From assembly GCA_945862365.1 (NCBI GenBank), contig CAMAXK010000004.1, positions 1,438-65,437 on the forward strand: a DNA stretch of 64,000 bases. The letters run 5' to 3'. This DNA is from Chlamydia trachomatis (GTDB lineage Bacteria > Chlamydiota > Chlamydiia > Chlamydiales > 2-12-FULL-49-11). Below the pieces are notes generated by a model. That model was not told the DNA's origin. It made no database searches and worked only from the letters and a program-made list of their open reading frames with translations. Shown here piece after piece: positions 62,044 through 64,000 of the stretch (positions are counted from its first letter, which is position 1; each line of letters begins with the position of its first letter). The position numbers were made by a program, and so were the translations under genes.

Positions 62044-63195
62044 TAAAATAATTAAAACAGCATTTCCACCAAAAAGGTACCTTTGCTTTTTAGCAAATTT
62101 TCCCTTAGATCTTCCCATCCAGACAAGAGCAATGGGTAAAACACCTAATAATAAGGCTGATCCAAACCCCCCTGCAAAAGAAAGAGCGGTTAAAAATATG
62201 GATGGATTGCTAAGCACGACCACTACCACAGGGACAAAAATCAAAAGACATAAATAAAGACGTCTTAATTTACAAGCTTTTACGTGAAAAAGATCGGCAA
62301 AGAAATCAACCATACCAAGTGCTACCCCAATAAAAGAGGTGGTTAAGGCAAAAAAGGAAAAATATCTACCTAGAGTGTAAATTGTTTTATCTGAAACTGC
62401 ATAAAATAATGGATCAACGGCGCTTAACCCCATTTTTTTTGCCTCTATTAAGCCATGAACACCTTCTGCTGGAACAATTCCTTTAATCAAATAATCCCAA
62501 ATTAAATAAGCAAGTAACGGTAAAAGTGTGCCAAAAATGACTGCTGTTTTAGCTTTTGCCGCGTTACTATCTAAATAAGCGTAAAGAGTTGGTACCGTCC
62601 CTTGATAGCTAAATGAGGTGAAAATGATTGGAAGGCCAAGAAAAGCATATTTCCAACCCCAGTAATTTGCCTGTTCTACACTTGCATTTTCCCCTGAAAT
62701 GACAATAAAAATTAGAAATGATAAGACAAGACCTACCATTAATAATGCGTTTAACCTAGAAGAAACCTTGGCTCCACCCCAAATAAACCCTCCAAAAAAG
62801 AGAATAAAAGCAAAAACCCCAAATACATAAGGAATGTGAGGGCAGATAGCTTCTAAAACAAGTCTTCCCCCTAAAGAAACATAGGCAATCAAAAGGAAAT
62901 AAAATAAAAACATATACAAAGAAAAAACAAGCCATTTACCCACCTTCCCAAGAAACGTCTCTGCCATCGTAAGCAAATTTGAGTTTTTCGGCAGCCAAGA
63001 ACAAAGTTCAATAAATAAACACCCAGTTGCTGCTGAAAACATCCAACATAGGATATAAATAAAATAGGAGGGTAATATCCCAGAGCCGGCAGTAGCTACT
63101 GGATTTGCAAGCATTGCAGCACCAATTGCCGTTCCCCCTATTAATAAAGCACCAAGGAAAGTTTTACTTAAAAGGGTATGTATTCTTCTTTTCAT
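61993..63195 (-). CDS. tyrP: aromatic amino acid (tyrosine/tryptophan) permease, HAAAP family
   Basis: Start moved to the ATG at 63195 (MKRRIHTLLSKTFLGALLIGGTAIGAAMLANPVATAGSG..), which mirrors the TyrP/Mtr N-terminus. About 11 TM spans. Confidence 0.85.
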   Translation of the reverse strand: MKRRIHTLLSKTFLGALLIGGTAIGAAMLANPVATAGSGILPSYFIYILCWMFSAATGCLFIELCSWLPKNSNLLTMAETFLGKVGKWLVFSLYMFLFYFLLIAYVSLGGRLVLEAICPHIPYVFGVFAFILFFGGFIWGGAKVSSRLNALLMVGLVLSFLIFIVISGENASVEQANYWGWKYAFLGLPIIFTSFSYQGTVPTLYAYLDSNAAKAKTAVIFGTLLPLLAYLIWDYLIKGIVPAEGVHGLIEAKKMGLSAVDPLFYAVSDKTIYTLGRYFSFFALTTSFIGVALGMVDFFADLFHVKACKLRRLYLCLLIFVPVVVVVLSNPSIFLTALSFAGGFGSALLLGVLPIALVWMGRSKGKFAKKQRYLFGGNAVLIILLMAIIAELVVSVCVLL

Positions 63196-63283
63196 GGAAG
63201 TATGGTAACAAAAAAAGAAAAAGCAAGCTATCTTTTTTATAGCTCCTTTGCTACAATTTAATTCTAATGGTATAATAGTTACA

Positions 63284-64000
63284 GTGAAAAAATATTCAAA
63301 ACAGCAACATAACATAGATCAAAAAGATATCGATCCAGATGCTCTTGAGGTGCTTGACATCCTTCGTGATAATGGATTCAAAGCTTACCTTGTTGGTGGC
63401 TCTGTAAGAGATCTTTTACTTAACTATACCCCAAAAGATTATGATATTTCCACAGATGCAATGCCTGAGGAAGTCAAAGAATGTTTTTCAAATTGTTTTA
63501 TAGTAGGAAAAAGATTTCGACTCGCCCATGTTCGCATGGGGCACAAGGTTTACGAAGTATCTACCTTTCGAAAAGGGGATAATGAAGATGATACGCTCAT
63601 TTTTAATGATAATGAATGGGGAACTGAAGAAGAGGATGTCACAAGACGAGATTTCACGGTAAATGGCCTTTTCTATGACAGCAAAACTGAGGAAATCATT
63701 GATTATGTGGGAGGGGTAGAAGATGCCAAAAAAAATCTTTTACGCTGCATAGGTAATCCCTATATCCGTTTTAAGCAAGATCCTGTACGAATGATTCGTC
63801 TACTTAAATTTAGATCCCGATTTGGCTTAACCCCAGATGAAGAGATGATTGAGGCATTATTTGTTCTTCGCAGAGAAATCCTAAAAAGCTCGCCAGCTCG
63901 TATTTTAGAGGAATTTTTAAGAATGCTTGAATCTGGATCATCTGTTCCTTTCATAAAAAATCTTCAAGATCATGGTTTTTTAGAAACCCTTCTTCCAAAT
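63284..64000 (+). CDS. pcnB: poly(A) polymerase I / tRNA nucleotidyltransferase family, 5' part (continues beyond the window end)
   Basis: Not in the ORF track (open at the window end). The frame reads ..QQHNIDQKDIDPDALEVLDILRDNGFKAYLVGGSVRDLLL..PKDYDIST.., ..RRDFTVNGLFYD.., ..FKQDPVRMIR.. GTG start at 63284, with TTG at 63248 possible. Confidence 0.85.
   Translation, partial: MKKYSKQQHNIDQKDIDPDALEVLDILRDNGFKAYLVGGSVRDLLLNYTPKDYDISTDAMPEEVKECFSNCFIVGKRFRLAHVRMGHKVYEVSTFRKGDNEDDTLIFNDNEWGTEEEDVTRRDFTVNGLFYDSKTEEIIDYVGGVEDAKKNLLRCIGNPYIRFKQDPVRMIRLLKFRSRFGLTPDEEMIEALFVLRREILKSSPARILEEFLRMLESGSSVPFIKNLQDHGFLETLLPN

Noticed and set aside
63760-63954. 64-aa minus-strand ORF
   Set aside because: It is antisense to the pcnB-like reading frame, which is open to the window end.
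1-64000. Search for CRISPR arrays, IS/transposase, integrase, phage, toxin-antitoxin, restriction-modification or other defence genes, and for rRNA, tmRNA or RNase P RNA
   Set aside because: No direct-repeat/spacer arrays were seen. No DDE, tyrosine or serine recombinase motifs were seen. No intergenic region is long enough for a large structured RNA: the largest are 495 bp and 413 bp, and both are occupied by the IR element. Absence is judged by eye only.

Overview
This is an AT-rich, densely coding chromosomal segment with about 65 genes and spacers mostly under 150 bp. I assign it to the phylum Chlamydiota, most likely an 'environmental' (non-Chlamydiaceae) lineage.

**Basis for the assignment**
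- A type III secretion module sctU(cdsU)-sctV(cdsV)-copN-chaperone runs directly into malQ. It is preceded by rpsA-nusA-infB-rbfA-truB-ychF.
- A second block contains rplI-rpsR-rpsF-pth-ctc, tRNA-Gln, glgA, fused glyQS, pgsA, dnaG, mutS-uvrC, rpsN-rpmJ, rpmH-rnpA and uvrD.
- Also present are an ATP/ADP-translocase-family nucleotide transporter, a SEC-C-motif methionine aminopeptidase, an HKD phospholipase D, tyrP and murJ.
- Both gene orders match what I recall of Chlamydia trachomatis. That is memory, not a database search.

**Accessory genes**
- Between the two blocks (about 20.8-40.5 kb) the accessory genes are:
  - treY
  - a secreted transglutaminase-like/TPR protein
  - an APH-fold kinase-MFS-sthA string
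  - an M20 peptidase
  - htpX
  - a membrane-anchored CX5R phosphatase
  - a 2-hydroxyacid dehydrogenase
- After the second block (59.6-62 kb) come a secreted beta-rich 580-aa protein and a DTW/Tsr3-like protein.

**What is absent**
I saw no CRISPR array, transposase, integrase, prophage, rRNA or recognisable defence gene. I do not see an unambiguous novel multi-gene system.

**Best leads**
1. An ACT-less aspartokinase coupled to a 620-aa protein with no recognisable motif.
2. A roughly 200-250 bp inverted-repeat (MITE-like) element present twice.
3. An RbfA with a roughly 110-residue Asp/Glu tail built from a 60-bp tandem duplication.
4. An APH-fold kinase lacking its metal-binding Asp.
5. 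The secreted 580-aa protein and the TDD-superfamily protein.

All functional calls rest on motifs, length and gene order read by eye. No BLAST or HMM search was possible.
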